Positions 9,692 to 18,118 of a stretch of DNA of 64,000 nt are shown piece after piece. The first letter of the stretch is position 1. Every line of letters starts with the position of its first letter. The translations under genes and the position numbers were made by a program. The stretch comes from an uncultured Clostridia bacterium. Its GTDB lineage: Bacteria; Bacillota; Clostridia; TANB77; CAG-508. The stretch lies in contig CASKJV010000007.1 in assembly GCA_949388605.1 (NCBI GenBank), forward strand, positions 16,689 to 80,688, read 5' to 3'. Under the pieces are notes generated by a model. It was not told the DNA's origin and made no database searches. It saw nothing but the letters and a program-made list of their open reading frames with translations.

Positions 9692-10591
9692 ATGAAAAAA
9701 GCATGTACTTTAATTGCCACCATACCATCACTTAATAATATAGAAAAAGTAGAAAGAGTTTTTGCAAATACTAATATTTCTGAAGTACGATTTAATACTG
9801 GTGCACAAACACCATATTCAATTTCAGAAACACTCGATATTTTAAAAAAGCTATCTATAAAATATAAAAAAAAGCTTTGGATTGATTTAAAAGGACGGCA
9901 GTTAAGAGTTATTAAATGGGCTGATCCATTATTCTCTTGTATTGAATTAAATCACAACATACAACTTTTATATCCAGCACAAATTTACTTCAGAAATAGT
10001 GATAGAGTGAATATTACACATGTAAAAGACGGAAATAAAATTTTCGTAGATCCATTGCCCAAATATCCTTTAGGAGCAGGCCAATCTGTCAATATTATTG
10101 CTAAAGAAATCAAAATTGATGGATATTTAACAAAAACTGATAAACAGTATTTACTTGTATGTCGTAAAAAAAAGCTGAATAATATAATGGCATCTTTTGT
10201 AGAGAACTTTAACGATTTATCACAAATACTTCGTTTTTTACCAACTGCTAAAATAATATGTAAAGTTGAGTCTTCTAAAGGGTTAGAGTTTATTTCTCAA
10301 TACAACATATCTGGATTAATGGCTGCAAGAGATGATTTATTTATTCAAACTGGACAAAATTATAGCCTGTTAGATCACTTAAAATTCATTATTTCTCGGG
10401 ATCCAGAAGCCATTTGTGCTTCACGGATATTTTTATCATTGGAAAAAAAGGATACTGTTGATTTTGCAGATTTTGCAGATTTGGAACTGATGTACAATAT
10501 GGGTTATAGAAAATTTATGTTGTGTGACAATGTTTGCAATTACTGCTTTGAAAATGCTATATTGGCTTGGGAGAATTTCATCAATGGATAA
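9692..10591 (+). CDS. Pyruvate-kinase-like TIM-barrel protein (A plus B domains only, no C-terminal regulatory domain)
   Basis: VRFNTG (PK R..N), IDLKGRQLR (DTKGPEIR), CKVESSKG (KIEN), MAARDDLF (ARGDLG), ASRIFLSL (ATQMLESM), MLCDNV (MLSGET). Confidence 0.65.
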   Translation: MKKACTLIATIPSLNNIEKVERVFANTNISEVRFNTGAQTPYSISETLDILKKLSIKYKKKLWIDLKGRQLRVIKWADPLFSCIELNHNIQLLYPAQIYFRNSDRVNITHVKDGNKIFVDPLPKYPLGAGQSVNIIAKEIKIDGYLTKTDKQYLLVCRKKKLNNIMASFVENFNDLSQILRFLPTAKIICKVESSKGLEFISQYNISGLMAARDDLFIQTGQNYSLLDHLKFIISRDPEAICASRIFLSLEKKDTVDFADFADLELMYNMGYRKFMLCDNVCNYCFENAILAWENFING

Positions 10592-12047
10592 TTTTATTTT
10601 ATGTGGTATGCAATTTGGTGATGAAGGAAAAGGAACTTTTGTTGATTATTTAATATATAATCAAAATATTGATTGTATTGTGAAATATAATGGTGGTTCT
10701 CAGGCCTCTCATACAGTTATTACTCCATCTAGAATTGTTCACAAATTTAGTCAATTAGGCTCTGGAATGTTTTCAGAAAAATGCCATACTTACTTAACAG
10801 ATAATATGGTAATAAATATCGAAAACCTTTTAGTTGAACTTGATGTATTTTCAAGCAAAACTAAAATTCCAATTCCAGAACTTATAAATAGAATTCATAT
10901 ACATGAAAACTGTTTTATTGTAACTCCATATCACAAACTGATAAATAAACTTCGTGAGCTTTCTAAAGGTGATAATCGCCGTGGTACTGTAGGAACTGGA
11001 GTAAGTGAAGTTCAATATTTACTAAATGAACAAAAAAAGTTTCCATGTGAACAACCTTTAGGATTAATGATAAAAGATATTTATAATCATTATAACAATA
11101 ATTCTATTATAGAAAGATTACAAGCTCTTCAAGAATATGTACTTTCTTTTTATTTACAAAATCAGGAAATTATTTCTAAAAATATTCCTGATGAATTAAA
11201 AGAAAATTTATCTAAAGAGATTTCTTTTTTACTGCATCCAAAAGCGTTTTTTACTATTGCTTCACATTATATAACAGAGTTCAAATATGCACGAAAGGAG
11301 TTTAATTTACAAAAATGCCTATATAGCAACTATGATTCAGCTATACGCACTTATCATAATGCTATATACGAAGGATCTCAAGGTCTTCTTATTGATAATG
11401 TTTATGGAATAAAGCCTAATACAACATTTCTTGACACTACAAATAGCTTTGCTCTTAGCCTTTCTCATGCGAATGATGTTACGCATAAAATAGGAATTAC
11501 AAAAGCATTTATGTCTAGACATGGATTAGGTATCTTTCCTACTGAATCATCAACCGTAAGCAATCAGATTTCAGACGAAAATCAAAATTTTTCTTTTTGG
11601 AACGGAAAAATTCGTTTTGGATGGTTTGACAGTATATTAGTAAGATATGCTCAAAGCATTAATAAAGTAAATGAATTATATTTATCTGCACTTGATAAAT
11701 TGGATGATTTCGACACAATCAAAGTTTGTAATGAATACATCTATTCTGGCACTATTGATAGTGAATTTAAAAAAATATTTAGTTACTATCTATCAGAAAA
11801 TGGACAAGTAATTATTACAGATATAAAGGAAAATCATAAGGATTTAAATAAATATTTAAGTAATTGTATTCCAAAATACATTTGTGTAAATGGCTGGAAA
11901 TCAAATATTACCCAAATATCTAATAAATCTTATCTTCCAACTAAATGTTTAGAATATATTAAACTTTTAGAAAAGCTTGTATGTATTCCTATAACAATTG
12001 TATCTGTAGGTCCTACTAGAGAGAATAAAATTAAGTTAACAGTTTAA
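10584..12047 (+). CDS. Divergent adenylosuccinate synthetase (PurA/PurZ)-family ligase
   Basis: QFGDEGKGTFVD P-loop, NGGSQASHTV (catalytic His), GTVGTGVSE, YEGSQGLLID, GIFPTE, VSVGPTRE. The ATG at 10584 overlaps the upstream stop (ATGGATAA). Confidence 0.8.
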   Translation: MDNFILCGMQFGDEGKGTFVDYLIYNQNIDCIVKYNGGSQASHTVITPSRIVHKFSQLGSGMFSEKCHTYLTDNMVINIENLLVELDVFSSKTKIPIPELINRIHIHENCFIVTPYHKLINKLRELSKGDNRRGTVGTGVSEVQYLLNEQKKFPCEQPLGLMIKDIYNHYNNNSIIERLQALQEYVLSFYLQNQEIISKNIPDELKENLSKEISFLLHPKAFFTIASHYITEFKYARKEFNLQKCLYSNYDSAIRTYHNAIYEGSQGLLIDNVYGIKPNTTFLDTTNSFALSLSHANDVTHKIGITKAFMSRHGLGIFPTESSTVSNQISDENQNFSFWNGKIRFGWFDSILVRYAQSINKVNELYLSALDKLDDFDTIKVCNEYIYSGTIDSEFKKIFSYYLSENGQVIITDIKENHKDLNKYLSNCIPKYICVNGWKSNITQISNKSYLPTKCLEYIKLLEKLVCIPITIVSVGPTRENKIKLTV

Positions 12048-12071
12048 ATTGTTTCATCAAGGAGGTAAAAT

Positions 12072-12668
12072 ATGGATATTTACAGAGAAATTAGCAGATA
12101 TGTTCACTTTAACGGTACAGCAAACATCTTAATCTCAGGTACTACCTGCTCAGGAAAAACAACATTAGCTAATAGAGTTCGGGATTGCTTAGCTGATCAT
12201 ATTTCAGTAACAGTTGTTTCACAGGATGACTATTTCAGGAATCTTAGAGATATTCCTTATACATCTAACGGTCTTCTAATGGATTCACCCGAAGCATTTT
12301 GCCAAGAAGAATTTAAAGAAGATGTAAAAAAACTTCTTGCAAATTCAGTTGTAAAAATGCCAAACTATAACATTCCTACAAATACAAGAATCGATAAGAA
12401 AAAAGTTGTCCAAAAAAGTAAAGTAAATATTTTTGAAGGGTTACATGTAATTGATTTTTTATCTGGTTTTATGCCTGATTATATTTCCATATATCTTGAT
12501 ACAGATATGGAAACTTGCTTGAGCAGAAGAATTCAGAGAGACACATCGAATCTTCATGTTACAGAAGATGTAGTATATAAATATTGGAATAACTGTATAA
12601 AACCTGTATCTGAGAACTGCATTTTGCCACAAAAAGATTATGCAGATTATGTTCTGTGGAGGTGGTAA
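12072..12668 (+). CDS. Uridine kinase/phosphoribulokinase-family P-loop nucleoside kinase-like protein
   Basis: ISGTTCSGKTTLA Walker A, VVSQDDYF, DSPEAF, IFEGLH, YLDTDMETCLSRRIQRD; SD AAGGAGG. Confidence 0.7.
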   Translation: MDIYREISRYVHFNGTANILISGTTCSGKTTLANRVRDCLADHISVTVVSQDDYFRNLRDIPYTSNGLLMDSPEAFCQEEFKEDVKKLLANSVVKMPNYNIPTNTRIDKKKVVQKSKVNIFEGLHVIDFLSGFMPDYISIYLDTDMETCLSRRIQRDTSNLHVTEDVVYKYWNNCIKPVSENCILPQKDYADYVLWRW

Positions 12669-12674
12669 ATTTTT

Positions 12675-13718
12675 ATGGACATTAAAGTAGTTTATGAAAA
12701 ATTATTACAAGCCAAACGACCTATTGATTTTTTTGGTGAAGTTTCAAGTGATACAGATTTAAAAAGAATTTATCGAACATATGCAAAAAAAATTCATCCT
12801 GATACTGCACCACATAATGATAAATATATTGCAAGTCAAGCAATAATTCTCCTAAATGATTTATATAATTTAGGAGCCAAAGAACTTAAAGATGGCATTT
12901 ATTCTTTCATTGATCCTATTAAACTTTATAAACACATGTCACCCCTATTTGAAGTTAAAATAAAAGGTGAATTATATGAGTTTTATGAAAATGTTTTTGA
13001 AGGAGAAGTTGCAAATATTTTTAAAGGAATCTCAAATAACAATATTTTTTATTTGAAAGTTCCGATTGATTCTGATGATAATGAATTAATAGATACTGAA
13101 TATCGTGTTCTTTCAACTTATAGACATCAATCTATTCCTTATGTTGAGCAAAAAATCAAAATCAATGGTTCTAATTCTATTCTTATGAGAGAAGTACCAG
13201 GCATAACAATGCCTGAACTTCTTAAACAATATAAAAATAGGATTCCTGCTGAACATGTTATGTGGATGTTGGAAAGACTCTTAAGTGTAGTTGGATACAT
13301 GCATTCCAATTGTGTAGTACATGGAAACATTAAACCTGAAAATATTATCATTAATAAAGAGATTCATAATGTTTCTTTAATTGGATTTTCATTCTGTATC
13401 GAAAAGGCAAATACACCAGATGCACACTACAAAATTGTAAATGATTGTTATACAGCCCCAGAGGTGAATAAAGATTCCACAGTTTTACCCTCTTCAGATA
13501 TTTATTCAATCGGGAAAATTGCTATTGAACTTTTAGGAGGTAATATTTACAACAATGGTATGCCTGTATCTGTAGATGCTAAAGTTAGAGATTTTATCAG
13601 AAAAATGGTAACTACTGACCTATCTGTTAGACCAAATGATGCATGGAATCTTTGGAGTGAGCTCGTTGAGCTCAGAAATGAAGTTTTTGGGACTAAGAGA
13701 TTCAAAAAGTTAGATTAA
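12675..13718 (+). CDS. J-domain (HPD) fused to a Hanks-type protein kinase fold that lacks the catalytic aspartates (predicted pseudokinase)
   Basis: YRTYAKKIHPDTAP (HPD at 12795-12803). Kinase subdomains FEGEVANIFKG, FYLKV, HGNIKPEN (13320-13343), IGFSF in place of DFG, YTAPE, DIYSIG. Confidence 0.75.
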   Translation: MDIKVVYEKLLQAKRPIDFFGEVSSDTDLKRIYRTYAKKIHPDTAPHNDKYIASQAIILLNDLYNLGAKELKDGIYSFIDPIKLYKHMSPLFEVKIKGELYEFYENVFEGEVANIFKGISNNNIFYLKVPIDSDDNELIDTEYRVLSTYRHQSIPYVEQKIKINGSNSILMREVPGITMPELLKQYKNRIPAEHVMWMLERLLSVVGYMHSNCVVHGNIKPENIIINKEIHNVSLIGFSFCIEKANTPDAHYKIVNDCYTAPEVNKDSTVLPSSDIYSIGKIAIELLGGNIYNNGMPVSVDAKVRDFIRKMVTTDLSVRPNDAWNLWSELVELRNEVFGTKRFKKLD

Positions 13719-13731
13719 GGAGGAATATACC

Positions 13732-14694
13732 ATGGGTGGTTATAGTTATGACAGAGATGTTTATAGTTCCAGTTCCAGCTCCAGTTGGAGCAGTTCAAGT
13801 AATTTTGGAGCAAGTTCCTACTCAACCAGCAAACTTAGTAGTACAACTTTAGATTATAGTATGGAACCAAATGGGAAAATAATCAAAAGTACCACTAAGT
13901 CCCCTATTATTATTGTACTTGATGTGACAGGTTCTAACATTAATTTTGCTCGGGTAGTTTATGATAAATTACCTATGTTCTATGGACAAATAGAGCAAAA
14001 AGGTTATTTGAAAGATTTTGATATTGCTATTTGTGCAGTCGGTGATGCTTATACTGATAGTTACCCTTTACAAATTGGAAATTTTGCAAAAGGAATCGAA
14101 TTGGATTCCTGGCTGGAAAAGATCGTTCTTGAAGGAGGTGGCGGTGGACAAGGTAAAGAATCTTACGAACTTGCTGCTTACTATTTATTAAAAAATACAC
14201 AATTTGTCCCAGGTAGTGAACCTATTATTTTCTTTATTGGTGACGAAAATCCTTATCCAACTGTAAATACATCTCAGACAGAGAACTTCGGTATTGGCAG
14301 TTGTAAAGATGATATTGAACCATTTTCTTTACTTCGTAAGAAAGTAAATGATAATGTTTTTATGCTTTTAAATAAGTATTGTGGCCATAAATTTGAACCC
14401 GATATAACATCTTGTTGGACAAGCCTTTTAGCTCCTGAACATGTAATTAAAATACAGGAGGAAAAATCAATTGTTGATTTAATGCTTGGTATTATCTCAA
14501 TGATATCTTCGACAAGATCATTAGAAACATATCAAATTGATATGAAAAATAGAGGGCAAACTCAAAAACGTATTGAGAATGTTTCAGCTTCTTTACAAGG
14601 ATTATCCACGGCTTTAGTGCCTGTTAAAATTAGTGGAGATATTACCACTACAACAAGTAAGGCAAAAGCCTCTCAAAGAGGAAAAAGACTTTAA
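13732..14694 (+). CDS. von Willebrand factor A (TerY-like) domain protein with an N-terminal poly-Ser low-complexity region
   Basis: MIDAS-like LDVTGS, GGGGGQGKES, FFIGDENP; N-terminus YSSSSSSSWSSSSNFGASSYSTSKLSS; SD AAGGAGG. Confidence 0.7.
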   Translation: MGGYSYDRDVYSSSSSSSWSSSSNFGASSYSTSKLSSTTLDYSMEPNGKIIKSTTKSPIIIVLDVTGSNINFARVVYDKLPMFYGQIEQKGYLKDFDIAICAVGDAYTDSYPLQIGNFAKGIELDSWLEKIVLEGGGGGQGKESYELAAYYLLKNTQFVPGSEPIIFFIGDENPYPTVNTSQTENFGIGSCKDDIEPFSLLRKKVNDNVFMLLNKYCGHKFEPDITSCWTSLLAPEHVIKIQEEKSIVDLMLGIISMISSTRSLETYQIDMKNRGQTQKRIENVSASLQGLSTALVPVKISGDITTTTSKAKASQRGKRL

Positions 14695-14721
14695 GCAAAC
14701 TGTTTAAGTTTATAATTTATA

Positions 14722-14755
14722 AAGGACACGCTAAAATAGCGTGTCCTTGTATTTT
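14722..14755. terminator. Bidirectional intrinsic terminator between the operon and the tagO-like gene
   Basis: AAGGACACGCT-AAAAT-AGCGTGTCCTT, a perfect 11-bp stem followed by a T-rich tract. Confidence 0.8.
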
Positions 14756-14763
14756 ATTAAATT

Positions 14764-15888
14764 TTATTCTTCTATATTAGTATTATCAGCATTTTCTTCT
14801 TCATCAGAATTATCTACTAATAGTCGTTGTTTGAAAAATTCTTTATATCCCATAGCAATTATTATACAAATAATTATTGCAAATGATAATGCTTTCCAAA
14901 TTCCACTATCCATTAATATTATTGCGAACATTCCAAATATTGCTGTAATTCCATATAATATTAAAACTGCTTGTTTTTGAGAAAAACCTTTTTTTAATAA
15001 CTTATGATGTAAATGTCCAGCATCTGGTTGTATAATTGCTTTCAATGATTTACCATTAATAATTCTTCTCACAATAGAAGCTAATGTATCCAAAATTGGT
15101 AATGCTAGAACCATAAGTGGTGCAACAATTACTATTGCAGTATATGTTTTAGCTATACCTAAAATAGATATTATTGATAAACAATATCCCAAGAAATTTG
15201 AACCTGTATCACCTATAAAAGTTTTAGCAGGATTAAAATTATATGGTAAAAATCCACATAGTGCTCCTCCTAATGCAGTTATTAATACAATAGAAATTAT
15301 TGGCGAAGCATTTAATGAAAATATTATTAATAATGATAAGCAAGATATTATTGAAATACCTGTTGAAAGTCCATCTAAACCATCTATTAAATTCATTGCA
15401 TTAGTTATTCCTACAATCCATCCAATAGTAAGAATTATATAAAACCAGTTTCCAACACCTTCTAAATTTATTAATGGAATATCTAGATTTTCGATTTTTA
15501 TTCCAAATTTGATTACCACACAAGCTGATATTATTTGAGCTGCAAGCTTAATTACTGCTGGAACACCTTTTATATCATCAATAAAGCATACAATTCCAAT
15601 AATTAATGCTCCCAGTGTAAAACCAATTATTTTCATAAAATAATTATCTTGATATAAATCAATTTTATCTTCTATTGACATTACTATTAATAAATATATT
15701 ATAGATACAAAAAAACCTAAAATTACAGCAAGTCCACCAAGTCTTGGCATTGTAATTTTGTTAATACGTCTTGCATCTTGTGGTGTATCTACTGCACCTA
15801 CTTTTTTGGCTAATTTTATTGTATGTGGCGCTGCCATAAATGCTGTCATGAAAGCAATTGTAAAAGCTATAACTATATCTCCCCACAT
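14764..15888 (-). CDS. Undecaprenyl-phosphate N-acetylhexosamine-1-phosphate transferase (MraY/WecA/TagO family, GT4)
   Basis: MPRLGGLAVILGF, NAMNLIDGLDGL, multiple transmembrane helices, HLHHKL. Confidence 0.85.
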   Translation of the reverse strand: MWGDIVIAFTIAFMTAFMAAPHTIKLAKKVGAVDTPQDARRINKITMPRLGGLAVILGFFVSIIYLLIVMSIEDKIDLYQDNYFMKIIGFTLGALIIGIVCFIDDIKGVPAVIKLAAQIISACVVIKFGIKIENLDIPLINLEGVGNWFYIILTIGWIVGITNAMNLIDGLDGLSTGISIISCLSLLIIFSLNASPIISIVLITALGGALCGFLPYNFNPAKTFIGDTGSNFLGYCLSIISILGIAKTYTAIVIVAPLMVLALPILDTLASIVRRIINGKSLKAIIQPDAGHLHHKLLKKGFSQKQAVLILYGITAIFGMFAIILMDSGIWKALSFAIIICIIIAMGYKEFFKQRLLVDNSDEEENADNTNIEE

Positions 15889-15901
15889 GATAAAAACCTC
15901 T

Positions 15902-16348
15902 CTATTTCATTTCATTTTTTTCTATATTCTCTATCATTCGTATTCTATCTACATATCTACCAGTTTTAAATTCAGTTCCAATCCAAGCTCGTACACTAGC
16001 AATTGCATCTGATTTTGTTACATATTGTGCTGGTAAAACTAAAACATTTATATTATCATCAGCTTTTGAATCTCTAGATACATCTTCATTAATTCCAAGA
16101 GCTGCTCTAATTCCTTTAAATTTATTTGCAACAATTATCATTCCTGCTCCTGATTTGCAAATTAAAATTCCAGTATCACATTTTTTAGATTGAATTGCTT
16201 TTGCAACTTTTTCAGCATAAATAGGATAATCTGTTCTTTCTGTACTATTAGTTCCAAAATCTTCATATTCAATTCCAATTTCTTCAAAATACTTTTTTAT
16301 TTCTTCTTTTAACTCATAACCACCATGGTCACATCCTAAAGCTATCAT
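15902..16348 (-). CDS. rpiB: Ribose-5-phosphate isomerase B
   Basis: MIALGCDHGGYELKEEI...CKSGAGMIIVANK; start set at the ATG behind GGAGGAAATT. Confidence 0.9.
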   Translation of the reverse strand: MIALGCDHGGYELKEEIKKYFEEIGIEYEDFGTNSTERTDYPIYAEKVAKAIQSKKCDTGILICKSGAGMIIVANKFKGIRAALGINEDVSRDSKADDNINVLVLPAQYVTKSDAIASVRAWIGTEFKTGRYVDRIRMIENIEKNEMK

Positions 16349-16476
16349 AATTTCCTCCTTGGTATCTATTTTGCCACAATATATCATAGAATTATTAATA
16401 ATACAATAATATTATAAATTAGAAATGTGAATTTTTTGTGAAATAATTATGCAAACAATTTTTTTTAAGAAAACTA

Positions 16477-16505
16477 TTGATTTTTATAGTTATACATGTT
16501 AAAAT
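16477..16505 (+). promoter_or_regulatory. rpsT promoter candidate (TTGATT-17 nt-TGTTAAAAT)
   Basis: The sequence has the right spacing and an extended -10 element. Confidence 0.45.
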
Positions 16506-16552
16506 GGTTGAAGTAAAATTTACTTTAAGAACTAAGAGGAGGTGCAAAATAA

Positions 16553-16816
16553 ATGCCAAACATTAAATCAGCTATTAAAAAAGTTCGTGTAATCGAAACA
16601 AAAACAGAACAAAATAATATGGTAAAATCTGCTTATAAAACAGCTGTTAAAGCTTTTGAAGCTGCTGTAGCAGAAGGAGATAAATCAAAAGCAGAAAAAA
16701 CATTTACTGAAGCAGTAAAAAAAGTAGATCAAGCTTGCACAAAAGGTGTTTTAAAAGCTAATACAGCTTCTAGAAAAAAATCAGCTTTAGCAAAAAAATT
16801 AAATACATTAAAATAA
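16553..16816 (+). CDS. rpsT: 30S ribosomal protein S20
   Basis: MPNIKSAIKKVRV..., a basic 87-aa protein. Confidence 0.95.
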   Translation: MPNIKSAIKKVRVIETKTEQNNMVKSAYKTAVKAFEAAVAEGDKSKAEKTFTEAVKKVDQACTKGVLKANTASRKKSALAKKLNTLK

Positions 16817-16842
16817 TCGTATATACTACGATTATTTTTTTT
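16815..16842 (+). terminator. rpsT intrinsic terminator
   Basis: AATCGTA-TATAC-TACGATT followed by a T-run. Confidence 0.7.
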
Positions 16843-16873
16843 ATCAAAACCTATTTGTTTATCCTATACTATC

Positions 16874-16906
16874 TCTAACTTATTTCTAACTTATTTCTAA
16901 CTTATT
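16874..16906. repeat. Perfect 11-bp tandem repeat, 3 copies (TCTAACTTATT)
   Basis: Read directly from the sequence. Confidence 0.85.
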
Positions 16907-17002
16907 ACCAAAAATTTCATTTGTTTTCTCAAATTTAAGATGCTATTATTAATTTAGAATTATTTAGACGTATATGATTTTCATATACAAAAGGAGATTA
17001 CA

Positions 17003-17243
17003 TATGAAAAAACTTATTGAATCAATAAAAGATAAAAAAATAAAAAGATTAGTAAAAAGATTATTACTAATCTCTTCTATTATTGGATTTCTCGGAATAA
17101 TTGCAATATTAATATATTATAAATTTTTTATTTCTTTTAATATATTAATATTAGGAGTGTTTATAATCCAAGCTGGCATAGTATCTGCATTATTTTCTAT
17201 TATGTGTGGAGTTTTTTTTGACAATTATTTACAATACAATTAA
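17003..17243 (+). CDS. Small membrane protein, hypothetical
   Basis: SD AAAAGGAG 7 nt before the ATG; two hydrophobic helices. Confidence 0.45.
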
Positions 17244-17337
17244 TTTAGCATATATAGCTTAAATTTAAAACAATTTCCTGTAATAAAAAAACATATGCAA
17301 AATTGGACTAAGAGTTCCATAATAGTAAGTCAAAAGA

Positions 17338-17500
17338 AATTTTCTTTTTGCAATATTTCTTGAAAGGTTTCTATTATAGGAAGTTCAAACAATTTTCTTT
17401 TTGCAATATTTCTTGAAAGGTTTCTATTATAGGAAGTTCAAACAATTTTCTTTTTGCAATATTTCTTGAAAGGTTTCTATTATAGGAAGTTCATAGAACT
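17338..17500. repeat. 53-bp tandem repeat, 3 copies, ending in an imperfect palindrome; shares its hairpin core with the dispersed repeat family
   Basis: The unit AATTTTCTTTTTGCAATATTTCTTGAAAGGTTTCTATTATAGGAAGTTCAAAC starts at 17338, 17391 and 17444. Confidence 0.9.
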
Positions 17501-17518
17501 TTCCTATTATGGAACAAA

Positions 17519-17552
17519 ATAATGGTGCATATTTAGTATATATGCACCATTT
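17519..17552. terminator. Bidirectional terminator downstream of rbr
   Basis: GGTGCATAT...ATATGCACC stem with a flanking T-tract. Confidence 0.6.
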
Positions 17553-17563
17553 GTTTATTTATA

Positions 17564-18106
17564 TTAATAATTTTCTGCTTTTATTTCAAAAAACGCTTTT
17601 GGATGTTCACATACAGGGCATACTTCAGGAGCTTTTTGTCCTACACAAATATGTCCACAATTTCTACATTTCCAGATTCTATCTCCATCTTTACTAAATA
17701 CTAAATCACCTTCAACATTATCTAATAATTTTTTATATCTTTCTTCATGTTCTTTTTCAATTTTTCCAACAGCTTCAAATAAGTATGCAATTTTATCAAA
17801 GCCTTCTTCTTTAGCTTCTTTAGCCATTCTATCATACATATCTGTCCATTCGAAATTTTCTCCTTCAGCTGCTGCTTTTAAATTTTCTGTAGTTGTAGGG
17901 ATTTCTCCACCATTTAATAATTTAAACCACATTTTTGCATGTTCTTTTTCATTATCAGCTGTTTCTTGGAATATAGCTGCAATTTGTTCATATCCTTCTT
18001 TTTTAGCTTTGCTTGCAAAATAAGTATATTTATTTCTTGCTTGAGATTCTCCTGCAAAAGCTTCCATTAAATTTTTTTCTGTTTTTGTACCTTTTAATTC
18101 TGGCAT
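17564..18106 (-). CDS. rbr: Rubrerythrin
   Basis: [19 protein letters not shown] ferritin-like N-terminus and a C-terminal rubredoxin CRNCGH...CPVCEHP. Confidence 0.95.
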   Translation of the reverse strand: MPELKGTKTEKNLMEAFAGESQARNKYTYFASKAKKEGYEQIAAIFQETADNEKEHAKMWFKLLNGGEIPTTTENLKAAAEGENFEWTDMYDRMAKEAKEEGFDKIAYLFEAVGKIEKEHEERYKKLLDNVEGDLVFSKDGDRIWKCRNCGHICVGQKAPEVCPVCEHPKAFFEIKAENY

Positions 18107-18118
18107 ATTTCTTTCCTC

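Noticed and set aside
10524-10583. A 20-codon 5' extension of the PurA-like ORF in the ORF track.
   Set aside because: It overlaps the upstream gene by 68 nt and has no SD. The ATG at 10584 gives the canonical N-terminal spacing to GDEGKG and a stop/start overlap typical of coupling.
17338-17500. Possible CRISPR array (also considered for 33400-33703 and 35716-36024).
   Set aside because: The units are directly abutting tandem repeats with no unique spacers, the periods (53 and 152/155 bp) are not CRISPR-like, and there are no cas genes.
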